Part shown: in pieces, positions 1-10,127 of the stretch | How the letters are laid out: each line of letters begins with the position of its first letter | How positions within the stretch are numbered: position 1 is the stretch's first letter | From: Alphaproteobacteria bacterium | GTDB taxonomy: Bacteria; Pseudomonadota; Alphaproteobacteria; Bin95 | Assembly: GCA_963665325.3 (NCBI GenBank) | Contig: OZ224045.1 | Span: 1,408,001-1,472,000 of the forward strand | Length of the DNA stretch: 64,000 nucleotides | Reading direction: 5' to 3' | The notes under the pieces: generated by a model | The model's database searches: none | The model's input: only the letters and a program-made list of their open reading frames with translations | What the model was told of the DNA's origin: nothing | Program-made: the position numbers and the translations under genes

Positions 1-854
1 ACGGCGGCCTGCAGCCGCGTTTCCCGGTTGGTGGCGGAGCCGGCGGCCGTCAGGTGCTCCAGCCGGTCCTCGATCCATTTCACCGGCCGGCCGGCAAGCC
101 GCGCGACGGCGGCCATCAGCACGATATAGGGCGCGAGGCCCTGCTTGATGCCGAAGCTGCCGCCGGAGTCGGGCGGGGTGCGCAGCCGGAGCCGGTTGGC
201 CGGCACGCCGAGCGCCGCCGCCATCACCGGATGCAGCGCGAACGGCCCCTGGAAGGGCGCTGTCACCTCGAAGGCGTCGCCGTCCGGGTCCCAGGCGGCG
301 ATGAGGCCGAAACATTCGATGGGCGTGACGGCGCTGCGCGGATAGCTGACCTCGATGGCGATGCGATGGTCGGCGGCTGCAAACGCGCCTTCCGGGTCGC
401 CGTATGAAAAGCGCCGCCGGTTTGCGAGGTTCGTTCCAGCAGCCTCGTGGAGCAGCGGCGCGCCTGCGGCGATCGCCGCCGAGGGCGAGACGACGGCCGG
501 CAGCGGCTCGTACTCGATCTCCACCAGCTCCAGCGCGTCCTCGGCCCGGTAGCGGTCCTCCGCCAGCACCACGGCGACCGGCTCGCCGACATAGCGGACC
601 TTGTCGGTCGCGACCGGGAAATGGCGCATGGGCGTGCGCAGCGCCGCGATGAACGGCTTGAGGCCGGCTGCGATCTCTTGTCCCGTGAACAGCCGCACGC
701 CTTCCGGCGCGGTTATGCGCCCGAGCCGCGCATGGGCATGCGGCGAGCGCAGGACCGCGGCATGGAGCGTGCGCGGCGGCACGGGCAGGTCGTCGATAAA
801 TCGCCCCCGCCCGCGCAACAGCGCCCGATCCTCAACCCGCTGGCCGCCCGTCAC
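1..854 (-). CDS. xanthine dehydrogenase/CoxL-family molybdopterin-binding subunit (partial, runs off window start)
   Basis: Minus-strand frame from GTG at 854 reads VTGGQRVEDRALLRGRGRFIDDLPV...HAAVLRSPHAHA...DKVRYVGEPVAVVLAEDRYRAEDALE, typical of the N-terminus of Mo-hydroxylase large subunits. Confidence 0.9.
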   Translation of the reverse strand, partial: MTGGQRVEDRALLRGRGRFIDDLPVPPRTLHAAVLRSPHAHARLGRITAPEGVRLFTGQEIAAGLKPFIAALRTPMRHFPVATDKVRYVGEPVAVVLAEDRYRAEDALELVEIEYEPLPAVVSPSAAIAAGAPLLHEAAGTNLANRRRFSYGDPEGAFAAADHRIAIEVSYPRSAVTPIECFGLIAAWDPDGDAFEVTAPFQGPFALHPVMAAALGVPANRLRLRTPPDSGGSFGIKQGLAPYIVLMAAVARLAGRPVKWIEDRLEHLTAAGSATNRETRLQAA

Positions 855-988
855 CCTGTATCCTGCTCCGTCGAAAAATGTCAAAAGATGTCATAGTCTG
901 TCCCCGAAGCGCCTAGCCAACGAACATCGATTCGCCAACGATTTTCTCCCGCAAGTGTCTAAGTTGACTATGGTATGCAAATGTACAA

Positions 989-2065
989 CTAGACGCACTC
1001 GCGTGCTAGAATACCATCTAAATATCCCGGAACCAAGAATTGCTTAAGTTCCATTAGCGTTACCGGCCGGGCTATTTTTGCAATTAATCGATGTACCATT
1101 CGATGACAATTCGAACAAAGCATAAAGAAATCTTCAGGTCTGGTTTGTCTGTTGGCTGCGTATGACAGTGGTAGTGCGTGATGCGCTTCAATAAAATTAT
1201 CCCCAATGAAGCCATATGTTTGCGAAAAATCTATGTTGCATGATTGACAAAACAGCCGGCCATTATTCTCTTCTTTAAAGGCTTGTTTTGCATTCCTTAC
1301 CACGGTTTGATTTCTTTCTCGGCAATAGTGAGAAACAAATTTCTTCGCGCCTTCGGAATATTCACTATCTTGAAGTTCCGGAGAAAATCCCATAGCGCCA
1401 ATAGAGTGATGTCCCATAATGTATGAAAACACTTCATTCTTGAATTGCAGGTGTTCTCTCTTGTTTGCTTTACCACCTCCGTCTGCATACCAAACCATAG
1501 ATTGAAGAGCCATCCAGCCAAGTCCTCGTGGCACCCTAAAATCTCGATCTTCTTCCGGTATAAGGTAGGCATCTCCTTCTGAGCACGAAACGCAGTATTT
1601 TGGGGTATCTTCTGCTGTCTGAAGGTTCGCTTCTATCTCGGCCTCAATTTCGTCTCGAAGCGGGTGAGGAAGGTAGTGAGAATGAATGGTCGCATTCCTC
1701 CACCATCCGACTATAAAGGTGTTTTCTGCAGGTTTATTTCTTGATGCTGTCCATACTATAGTAGCGTTGTTGAACCTCGATGTGTTTTCAATTTCACCGC
1801 AGTTCTTTGTCAGTCGTCGAATGATGGAGGATGGATTTGTATGCTCAAAGAAGCCGTAGAGATTATTTTCGTGTGGAATGAAATTCCAACACTCAATTCC
1901 ATGGCCATGTTTCTTGGGATATGTTCCTGCGGGATAATTTAATGGATCGTCCGTGAGTCCTCTATAATATTTCATCCACTCGATCCGAAAAAATACCATT
2001 CTGTTTATATTCAGCGATAATTCACCTTCGTAAAGATCAGTATCGAATTGCTCGGACATGCTCAT
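989..2065 (-). CDS. HNH endonuclease (McrA-like C-terminal domain, uncharacterised N-terminal domain)
   Basis: C-terminal CQSC...FIEAHHALPL...LCSNCHRMVHR zinc/HNH motif. Visibly AT-richer than its flanks. Confidence 0.85.
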   Translation of the reverse strand: MSMSEQFDTDLYEGELSLNINRMVFFRIEWMKYYRGLTDDPLNYPAGTYPKKHGHGIECWNFIPHENNLYGFFEHTNPSSIIRRLTKNCGEIENTSRFNNATIVWTASRNKPAENTFIVGWWRNATIHSHYLPHPLRDEIEAEIEANLQTAEDTPKYCVSCSEGDAYLIPEEDRDFRVPRGLGWMALQSMVWYADGGGKANKREHLQFKNEVFSYIMGHHSIGAMGFSPELQDSEYSEGAKKFVSHYCRERNQTVVRNAKQAFKEENNGRLFCQSCNIDFSQTYGFIGDNFIEAHHALPLSYAANRQTRPEDFFMLCSNCHRMVHRLIAKIARPVTLMELKQFLVPGYLDGILARECV

Positions 2066-2285
2066 GCTCGCTCTGATCTGAGACGGGGGTCAACTCAATC
2101 GACAAGGATCATATTCGAGTGCGGGCGATTCTGGCAATGTGGCTCCCGCCATGGATAGAAGGGATGGGCTGAAGAAACGGTGGAGAACAACGGCTTCAGG
2201 TGGACACAAGAGGATGGAGCATTCGCCACTGTCACCCGGCTGCGAACGACGGTTGAAGCGTTAGGTACGCGAACAGACTGATTTA

Positions 2286-3914
2286 TCAGTCGCCCCCATC
2301 CTTCTCCCGCAGCATGCGCTCGGCGAGGCGGCGGGCGTCTTCGCGGGTCTCCACGATGTGCTCTTCGGGGATGCTTCTCAGGCAGTGGAGCGAGTTCAGG
2401 GTTTGCGCGGCGGCTCCGTGGAGGCCCGCCACGATGCAGGAGGTCCCCGCCGCTTCCCCGATGCCGATCAGCTGTTCGATGACCATGGCGGCGCTGTCAT
2501 CGATGTAGGCGGCGCCGGAGAAGTCGAAGATCACGATCTCATGGTCGCGGATTTCCGGGCCGATGGCGTCCGCCAGCTTGTGCGACGAGGCGACGGTGAG
2601 GCTGCCCCGGAGTGCCACGAAGCCGGCCCGCGCGGCAAACGCGCTCTCCTCTTCCTCCCCGTGCGGGCCGAGAAGGGTCCGGTCGAGCAGCGGCGTCGAG
2701 ACCACGCTGTCGAGTTCGAGGCGCTCCAATTGCCGTGCATGGACCATGCCGCCTGCGATGAGGCCGATGGCGACGGCAGTGACCAGGTCGACGAAGACCG
2801 TCAGCGCCAGCACCGTCAGCATGACGATCAGATGCTCGCGCCGCAGATGGCGGGCGCGGGCAATGAGCCGCCAGTCCACGATGTCCCAGCCGACCTTCAT
2901 CAGCACGGCGGCAAGCGCAGCCAGCGGTATCGGCTCCACGAGGCGCCCGAAACCCAGCAGCAGAGCCAGCAGAAGCCCGGCGCGCAGAACGCCCGAGACG
3001 GGCGTCGCGCCGCCGGCGCGGATGTTGGTCGCGGTCCCCGGCGCAGACCCGGCCCCGGGCAGCGCACCGAACAGCCCGGCGACCGTGTTCGCGATGCCCT
3101 GTCCGACCAGTTCGCGGTCCGGATTGTGGCGCGTGCCGGTCATCGAATCGGCGATCATCGCCGTCAGCAGGCTGTCCACGGAGTTGAGCAGGGCGAGGAT
3201 CAGGGCCGGCTGCAGCAGGTCGAGCAGCAGGGCCGGCGAGAGCAGCGGAAGCTGCAGGTCGGGCAGGCCGGCGGGAATCGGGCCGATGACCGGCGCCGAG
3301 TCCAGCCAGAGCGCGCCGAGCAGCGTGCCGGCGACGAGCGCCGCCAGCAGGCCGGGCGCGAACCGCTCCAGCCGCTTCGGCCAGAGGAAGGCCGTCGCCA
3401 GCGTTACGACGGCGATGGCAAGGGCTTGCGCGTTGAGGCCGCGCAGCGCCGAGGGAAGGGCGGCGACGACCTCTACCGCTTCGCCGGGGACGGTAGAGGC
3501 CCCGAGGGCGGGCAGCATCTGGACCAGCACGATGATGATGCCGATGCCCGACATGAAGCCGGAAACGACCACATAGGGCGTGTAGGCGGCGAAGCGCCCG
3601 AGCCTGGATATGCCGAGAAGGATCTGCACCAGCCCGGAGAGGACGACCACGGTCAGGGCCTCGGCGAGGCTGGACGTATGGCTGGTGATGATGACCGCCA
3701 TGATGATAGTCGTCGGCGCAGTGGGGCCGGAAATCTGCGTGCGGGTGCCGCCGAACACCGACGCAAAGAAGCCGACGGCGATGGCGCCGTGCAGGCCTGC
3801 CGCCGCCCCCATGCCGGACGCGATGCCGAACCCGAGCGCCACGGGCAGCGCCACCACGGTCGAGGTGATGCCCCCGAACAGGTCGCCGCGGAAAGTCTCG
3901 AGATCGTATTTCAT
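2286..3914 (-). CDS. SulP family inorganic anion transporter
   Basis: GDLFGGITSTVVALPVALGFG, QISGPTAP and RELVGQG motifs, plus a C-terminal STAS-like IFDFSGAAYIDDSA. Confidence 0.93.
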   Translation of the reverse strand: MKYDLETFRGDLFGGITSTVVALPVALGFGIASGMGAAAGLHGAIAVGFFASVFGGTRTQISGPTAPTTIIMAVIITSHTSSLAEALTVVVLSGLVQILLGISRLGRFAAYTPYVVVSGFMSGIGIIIVLVQMLPALGASTVPGEAVEVVAALPSALRGLNAQALAIAVVTLATAFLWPKRLERFAPGLLAALVAGTLLGALWLDSAPVIGPIPAGLPDLQLPLLSPALLLDLLQPALILALLNSVDSLLTAMIADSMTGTRHNPDRELVGQGIANTVAGLFGALPGAGSAPGTATNIRAGGATPVSGVLRAGLLLALLLGFGRLVEPIPLAALAAVLMKVGWDIVDWRLIARARHLRREHLIVMLTVLALTVFVDLVTAVAIGLIAGGMVHARQLERLELDSVVSTPLLDRTLLGPHGEEEESAFAARAGFVALRGSLTVASSHKLADAIGPEIRDHEIVIFDFSGAAYIDDSAAMVIEQLIGIGEAAGTSCIVAGLHGAAAQTLNSLHCLRSIPEEHIVETREDARRLAERMLREKDGGD

Positions 3915-3993
3915 GAAGGCAAGGTTAGCCGGTGCCGCGCCGCCCGCAATCCGCTATTGTCGACGGCGAAGGCCAATGGAGGAGACGAACCCG

Positions 3994-4395
3994 ATGCCAG
4001 ACACCAGTTCCCAGCTTCGCAAGCTCGCCCACGCCACCGCAGAGTCGGCGCCGCTCGTCGCCGGACGGCGCGATTTCTTCAAATATCGCGATCTCGGCGT
4101 CACCGAGGCGAGCCTCGGCAGCATGCGCGCCCAGACCATGACCGCGGTCCGCGGCATGACCGAGCCGACCGGCTGGCACTATCACGAGTGCGAGGGCCAG
4201 TTCGTCTATGCGCTCAAGGGCTGGGTGGACCTGGAATTCGAGAACGGCGAGACGCTGCGGATCAAGGAGGGCGAGTCGCTGTTCATCCCCGGCGGGCTGA
4301 AGCACAACGAGACAGCGACCTCGGACGACCTCGAAATCCTGGAGCTGTCCATTCCCGCGGAGATGGGCACCGTCCCCTGCGACCCGCCGGCCTGA
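3994..4395 (+). CDS. cupin domain protein
   Basis: GGAGGAG SD upstream of ATG 3994. Cupin motifs TGWHYHECEGQFVYALKG and IPGGLKHNE. Confidence 0.88.
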   Translation: MPDTSSQLRKLAHATAESAPLVAGRRDFFKYRDLGVTEASLGSMRAQTMTAVRGMTEPTGWHYHECEGQFVYALKGWVDLEFENGETLRIKEGESLFIPGGLKHNETATSDDLEILELSIPAEMGTVPCDPPA

Positions 4396-4411
4396 CGACC
4401 CAATCCGTCGG

Positions 4412-5515
4412 CTAAGCGCGCAAGCGCGAGAGCCCGTCTTCCGGCATCCGGCCCCTGTTCTTCTCGGCGAGTAGGGGCCGGACCAGTTCCGCAAATCCGG
4501 TCGCGGCGGCGGCGTGCGGAAAGCCGGACAGACAGAAGGAGTGGCACCCCGCGTCGATGAAGGCCTGGAGCTGATCGGCGCACTGCTCCGGATTGCCGAC
4601 GACCGCGATGCCGGCGCCGGCCCGGACCCTGGTGATGCCGGTCCAAAGGTTCGGCCCGATCATCTCGCCATGCTCGTGCGCCAGTTCCTGCACGCGCCGG
4701 TTCGCTGCCGAATTGAAGGTGTTGTCGATAATTTCCTGGCGGTTCGCATCGGTGCCGTGCGCGACCAGCCTGCGGGCCGCCGTCCAGGCCTCGTCTTCCG
4801 ACTCACGGCACATGATCTGCAGGCGCATGCCGAATCCGATCTCGTCCCCGCGCCCGAACTCCGCTGCGCGCCGGCGGATATCGACGATGTTCTCGGCGAT
4901 CCGCTCCGGCGTGTCGCCCCAGAACAGGTGGACATCCGAGTGCCGGGCGGAAATATCGGCGGCCTGCGGCGACCCGCCGCCGAGATAGAAGCGGGGATGG
5001 GGTTTCTGGTAAATCTCCGGAACGATCGAGCAGTTCTTGAGGGTGTGGAACCTGCCGTCGAAGTCGATGGGCCCTGACGCCGCCCAGAGCCGCTTCATGA
5101 TGGCGACTTCTTCCCCCATCAGGGCGTAGCGTTCCTCCTTGCTGTAGCGGATGCCGTCGGCCTCGAAGTCCGTTTCCGCCTGCCCCGCTATCAGGTTTAT
5201 TGCGAGGCGCCCGCCGGTCATCCGGTCGAAGGTCGCCAGCATCTTGGCCAGGAGCACCGGATTGACATAGCCGGGCTTGGCCGCGACCAGCGGTTTGATC
5301 GTCTTCGTCTTGCCGGCGAGGAAGGCGGCAATGACATAGGCTTCCCAGCAGATGTTGACGACCGGGATCAGGATGTATTCGAACCCGGCATCCTCCGCCG
5401 CCAGGACGATCCGCTCCATCATTTCCGGCGACGGAGCGATCTCGGCCTCCGGATCGCGGAAGGCCGTCGTGTCGCCGTTCGTCGGCAAGTACCAGCCGAA
5501 TTCGAGCTGCCGCAT
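4412..5515 (-). CDS. LLM-class flavin-dependent monooxygenase (SsuD-like)
   Basis: FGWYLPTNGD, AEDAGFEYIL, TFDRMTGGRLAINLIAG and YLGGGS motifs. Confidence 0.9.
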   Translation of the reverse strand: MRQLEFGWYLPTNGDTTAFRDPEAEIAPSPEMMERIVLAAEDAGFEYILIPVVNICWEAYVIAAFLAGKTKTIKPLVAAKPGYVNPVLLAKMLATFDRMTGGRLAINLIAGQAETDFEADGIRYSKEERYALMGEEVAIMKRLWAASGPIDFDGRFHTLKNCSIVPEIYQKPHPRFYLGGGSPQAADISARHSDVHLFWGDTPERIAENIVDIRRRAAEFGRGDEIGFGMRLQIMCRESEDEAWTAARRLVAHGTDANRQEIIDNTFNSAANRRVQELAHEHGEMIGPNLWTGITRVRAGAGIAVVGNPEQCADQLQAFIDAGCHSFCLSGFPHAAAATGFAELVRPLLAEKNRGRMPEDGLSRLRA

Positions 5516-5715
5516 ATGCCTGTCTCCCCGACAGGCAATCTAGCATGGATTTCCCGGCTCCGGCCCCACGATCCGCCGACGGTCGTTGTCGCGAGCGCCA
5601 TGGCGGACACGCGCCGGCGGTTCCGGCCCGGTCGGGCGCGTACGCCGGACTTGCCTTCCTGCCCGCCAGGGTCCTATCCGGTATTTCCCGATGCCATTTG
5701 GGGGAGGCGCGCCCG

Positions 5716-6891
5716 ATGGACAAGCAGACCGACTTGATTGGAAACTGGAGTTTCCCCACCCCGATCCGTTTCGGCGCCGGGCGCATAGGCGAGCTCCCCC
5801 AGGCCTGCCTCGAACTCGGCATCCGCCGGCCCCTCCTGGTCACGGACCCGGGACTCGCGGCGCTGCCCATGGTGAGCGATGCTGTGGAGTCCTGCGTGCA
5901 GGCGGGACTCGCATGCGCGGTCTTCTCCAATGTGCGCGCGAACCCGGTTGAGGCCAATGTCCATGAAGGCGTGAGGACGCTCCGGGATGGGGACCATGAC
6001 GGAATCGTCGCCTTCGGCGGCGGCAGCGCCCTGGATGCCGGGAAGGCGATCGGCTTCATGGCGGCTCAATCGCGGCCCATCTGGGACTTCGAGGACCGGG
6101 AGGACTGGTGGACCCGGGCCGACGAGGACGGCATGGCGCCGGTGGTCGCGGTTCCCACGACGTCGGGCACGGGCTCGGAGACAGGGCGCGCCTCGGTGAT
6201 TACCGACATCCGGACCGAGCACACCAAGCGGATCATCTTTCACCCGCGCATGATGCCGGGGCGCGCGATCCTCGACCCCGAGCTCACCCTGGGCCTTCCC
6301 GCCCACCTGACCGCGGCAGTGGGGATGGACGCTCTCTCCCACAGCCTCGAAGCCTATTCGAGCCCTGTCTTCCATCCGCTGGCGCAGGGCATTGCGCTCG
6401 AAGCCATGCGCCTCGTCCGCGACGCGCTTCCCGTCGCGGTGAAGACTCCCTCCGACCTTGCCGCGCGGAGCCGCATGCAGGTAGCGGCCGCGATGGGCTC
6501 GACCGCCTTCCAGAAGGGGCTGGGTGCGATGCATGCCCTCAGTCACCCCTGCAGTTCGTTGCTCGACACCCATCACGGACTGACGAACGCGGTGGTCATG
6601 CCCTATGTGCTCGTCTTCAACCGGCCCGCGATCGATACGAAGATGGCTGCCCTCGCGCGTTACCTGGACCTGCCGGACCCGTCGTTCTCCGGCGTCCTCG
6701 ACTGGATCCTCGCCCTGCGCGAGGAGATCGGCATTCCGCACACGCTCAAGGACATCGGTGTGGACGAGTCGTTGTCAGCGCGCATGGCGCGCATGGCGGC
6801 GGAGGACCCGTCGGCCGCGACCAATCCGGTTCCGCTCGACGCAGGCGCCCTGGAGCGCCTCTATCTGCGCGCGATCGGCGGCGTGCTGTAG
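5716..6891 (+). CDS. iron-containing alcohol dehydrogenase
   Basis: FGGGSALDAGK, PTTSGTGSE, GMDALSHSLE and HHGL motifs. GGGGAGG SD upstream of ATG 5716. Confidence 0.93.
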   Translation: MDKQTDLIGNWSFPTPIRFGAGRIGELPQACLELGIRRPLLVTDPGLAALPMVSDAVESCVQAGLACAVFSNVRANPVEANVHEGVRTLRDGDHDGIVAFGGGSALDAGKAIGFMAAQSRPIWDFEDREDWWTRADEDGMAPVVAVPTTSGTGSETGRASVITDIRTEHTKRIIFHPRMMPGRAILDPELTLGLPAHLTAAVGMDALSHSLEAYSSPVFHPLAQGIALEAMRLVRDALPVAVKTPSDLAARSRMQVAAAMGSTAFQKGLGAMHALSHPCSSLLDTHHGLTNAVVMPYVLVFNRPAIDTKMAALARYLDLPDPSFSGVLDWILALREEIGIPHTLKDIGVDESLSARMARMAAEDPSAATNPVPLDAGALERLYLRAIGGVL

Positions 6892-7043
6892 TACCGAATA
6901 AGAAGAGCCGCGCAGCTGTCACCGGCGTACACGAGACCGAGAAGAAGCGTCCACTCCATCAACTCTGCACCGCCGTGACCGGAATGAATCGTCGCTTCGC
7001 GTGGAGAAGCATTCCGCCGCCGCTAACACCCAATTTTCGATGC

Positions 7044-9121
7044 TCAACGTAAAGACGGGATTAATCGTAGTTTCGACTCCGCTACCTTGACCTTCCGATA
7101 AATCCACTCTGATATCAACTTGGAGCCCTGTACACTAGGGTGATCATCGTCGAAATAATACACCTCAATGGAATTGTGGGTCTTACACCTTCCTGCGATC
7201 TCCAAATCGCAAAACAGCTCATGCGGATAAACCCGGTGAAGATTTGGATGCACAACGCCGTCCAGCAGTTCGAAGGCTTCCCTCGATCGGCGATGATACA
7301 CATCGGAGCTGGTCGTCAACGGGTCGTTGACAAGAAGGCGTTGGATATCTGCTCGTGGCATACCTCTTGTTTTGCTGAATAGGCGCGCTGGAACATTGAC
7401 TCCGACACTAGGAATTGGGTACACGAGCACAATATGGTGTCCGTCGTCCAACAATCTACGATAGGTATCAGTAAGTTTCTTCTTGAACCCAGTGCCGTCG
7501 AGACTTTCAAAATGCTTGGGCCAGTCCAAATTCGATCTTTCGCGCCCACCTTCCTCGTTGTCAAAAAAGGTTCTGCTCAAATAAAGAGGCATCCGGCCGC
7601 CCAAAATGAGGATGGAGGGGCGATCCGACATGGTATCCAAGCGGGTCTTCTGGTACGCACTGCTGCATTTGTCGACCTTGCCATTCGTAATACGATCAAC
7701 ATCCAATACGAAGGGACATCCAGCCATATTTGCTTCAACGTAGTTGAATTCACCTGCAATGGCCTGAAATAATGTTTCCGACATTGATGAAAAGTGACTA
7801 TCGCCAAATGCGTACACGGTGATTGCTTTCTCGTCTAGCTTGTTCGTGCAAAAATTCTCCACTCTATCATAACATTGCTCTCCATCCATGGAACGTGATT
7901 TCCAAATGGAAACTGATGTATCGACATTCCTCAAGAACTCGGGAAGTCTCCTTTCGAACCCATTCGTTTCGATAGTAGATACCCCCAACGCGGTGACTAT
8001 GAGAAAGCCCGATGAAAGAAGAACCAAGAATCCGCGACGGCCGACGAAGCTGGCACGTCGAAACGGCTTCTCAATGAGAAAATAGGAAGCTACAGATAAG
8101 GAAATCGTGAGCATTATCCACACCAGTTTTTCGAAGTTCGCCGGCTCTCCTGAGTTTATGCGTGAAAAAGCAAAAATTGGGTAATGCCATAAATACATCG
8201 AATAACTGATCAAGCCAGTCCAAACGAAAGGTTTGCTTCCCAAGACCCTCCCCACTACATCGTCATTCGATGCAAATCTAATGATCAGTACCGCGCCAAG
8301 AATTGGAATTATCGTGACAGAACTCGGATGCGGTATATTGCCGTCGAAAAAGAAGATCGAATATACAATCAAGCCCAATCCTATGACAGGGAGAAATTGT
8401 GTGAGAGAGTTAGTGCTCTCGCTCTTCTGGCGCAACTCCCTCCATGCTAGTATGGACCCAAGAGATAGCTCCCAAAAACGACTGAACGGAAGATAAAAAT
8501 TGAAATCTGAGTTTCTCGCTTGCATCAGTTCGGAAAACAATAGGCTTGCAAAAGTGAGTGCCGCGAGTGTAAGAAAAAAGTATTTTCTAAAGCATCTGAA
8601 AGCGACGATTAGCAAAATTGGGAATAGGAAGTAAAATTGCTCTTCAATACCCAAACTCCATGTGTGAAGAAAAGGCTCCAGAAGCGAGCTTGCGGCACCA
8701 TACTCTGTGGTATTAATATAAAAGAATAGGTTCGAACCGAAAAAGAGTGAAGCAAGAACACTTCCGGCATACTTGACCATTTCCGGCGGCAGTAGTATTT
8801 GCCACGCAAACGCATCGACAATAAAATTACAACAAGCAGCATAGGCAGTATTCGTCGCGCGCGCCGTTCGTAGAAGTTCATAAAGCTAAAGGAGCCTCTC
8901 TTGTAAATTTCCGAAAGAATGACCCGGGTGACCAAATAGCCGCTGATCACGAAGAATATGTCTACGCCTATGTATCCGCCTTCGAACCAGTCTCGGCCAA
9001 GCAGCAAGAATTTCGCGTGATAAAGCAGTACGCTGACGACGGCGATGGCGCGAAGACCGTCGACGTCCGCACGATAGGTCGATTTAGGCAGGCTGTTGGA
9101 AGTACCAGTCTCGGGTGTCAT
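7044..9121 (-). pseudogene. OafA/OatA-like acyltransferase-3 + SGNH fusion, split by a 1-bp frameshift near 8811
   Basis: The upstream frame has YRADVDGLRAIAV, GVDIFFVISGYL and FYERRARRILP. The downstream frame has HTWSLGIEEQFY, FGDSH and DDDHPS. Adding one C (ATG CG TTT GCG TGG to ATG CCG TTT GCG TGG) joins them. Confidence 0.82.
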
Positions 9122-9740
9122 TTGGGCTGATTGGGTCTTACACGCGCATTCTTTCCGTCGCGGATACGGCGGAAGGTCGCGGCCGGGAGGGGAAGGGCGG
9201 CCAGCGCTTTCGCGGTCTGCCGTATCGAACGGGAAACTGCTAGAGAATCGGTAAGGCCGACGGGAAGGCCGTTTGAGGTGGAAGTCGTGCCCTGTTCTTA
9301 CTTCCTGTGCAGCTACAGGTGCAAGAGGGTATTTGCCGACGGATCCAAAGCGCGGGATGGCTCTCACGCCGACACCAGATCATCGCCAGAAACCCGGCTG
9401 GAGGAGGGTCGAGGTCCATGACGGCCGGATCGGTTTGGAACGGCACTGTCCCTGGATGTTGGAGGCTCGTCGCCTTCTGCCGCGCGGCGGATTGCGCGGA
9501 AAAGGGCGGCGAACTCGTCTCGTTCATTCTCCGCCGTCTGGAGCGCTGGCACGGCTCGGTGGACCCGGCCTGGTACCGGTATGCCGGCTTGCCCGCCGGC
9601 ACGCCGTGCCATCGTACCGCCCGGGTGCCGTCCGACGCCGGCAGGGGCTGTTCCCGGCAGCGCTGATTCTCCTTTGCGGCACAGACAACCGGCGCCGATG
9701 TCAGGCAGGCCGAGCCGTTCTGGGAGATGGGATCGTTATG

Positions 9741-10127
9741 TAGCCCGCATTTCTCACCAGGGTCGTGGTCTGCGCGGCGCTGTCGGGTCGGCAGGGTAGG
9801 AGAGACGCGCAGCGCATCGTGCGCCAACGCGCGTGGGCGCGCGGCGCGGGGCATCGGGCAAGCGGCTCGGCGCACCCTGCCGGCCCGACAGCGCCGCCCT
9901 TCGGGTCGCGCCCAGGCGCCCGCCCGCGGCGGCGTAAACGCCGCCATTCATACAGTCCGCCGCGTTGCGCACGGCGGCGTAAACGCCGCCATCCAAACAA
10001 ACTGCCGCGTTGCGCGCGGCGTCGCGGGCCTCAACCGTAGGCTGTGCTACGCTTTTCGGCCCGCTCCTTGCGGAGCGAACGCCTGGACAGCGACGCAGGC
10101 CGTGACCCTGGCGAGAAATGTGGGCTA
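9741..10127. mobile_element. MITE copy 1 (non-autonomous IS derivative, 387 bp including terminal TA)
   Basis: Ends TAGCCCGCATTTCTCACCAGGGTC and GACCCTGGCGAGAAATGTGGGCTA form an imperfect 24-bp inverted repeat. Near-identical to 19099-19441. Confidence 0.88.

Noticed and set aside
9300-9480. Possible cobalamin riboswitch
   Set aside because: Only vague fragments; the conserved GGGAA, GCCCCCGCAACTGT and AGYCAGRA boxes were not found.
9900-10030. Repeated GGCGGCGTAAACGCCGCC hairpin as a possible CRISPR array
   Set aside because: Only two units, the intervening sequences resemble each other, it is inside a MITE, and no cas genes are present.
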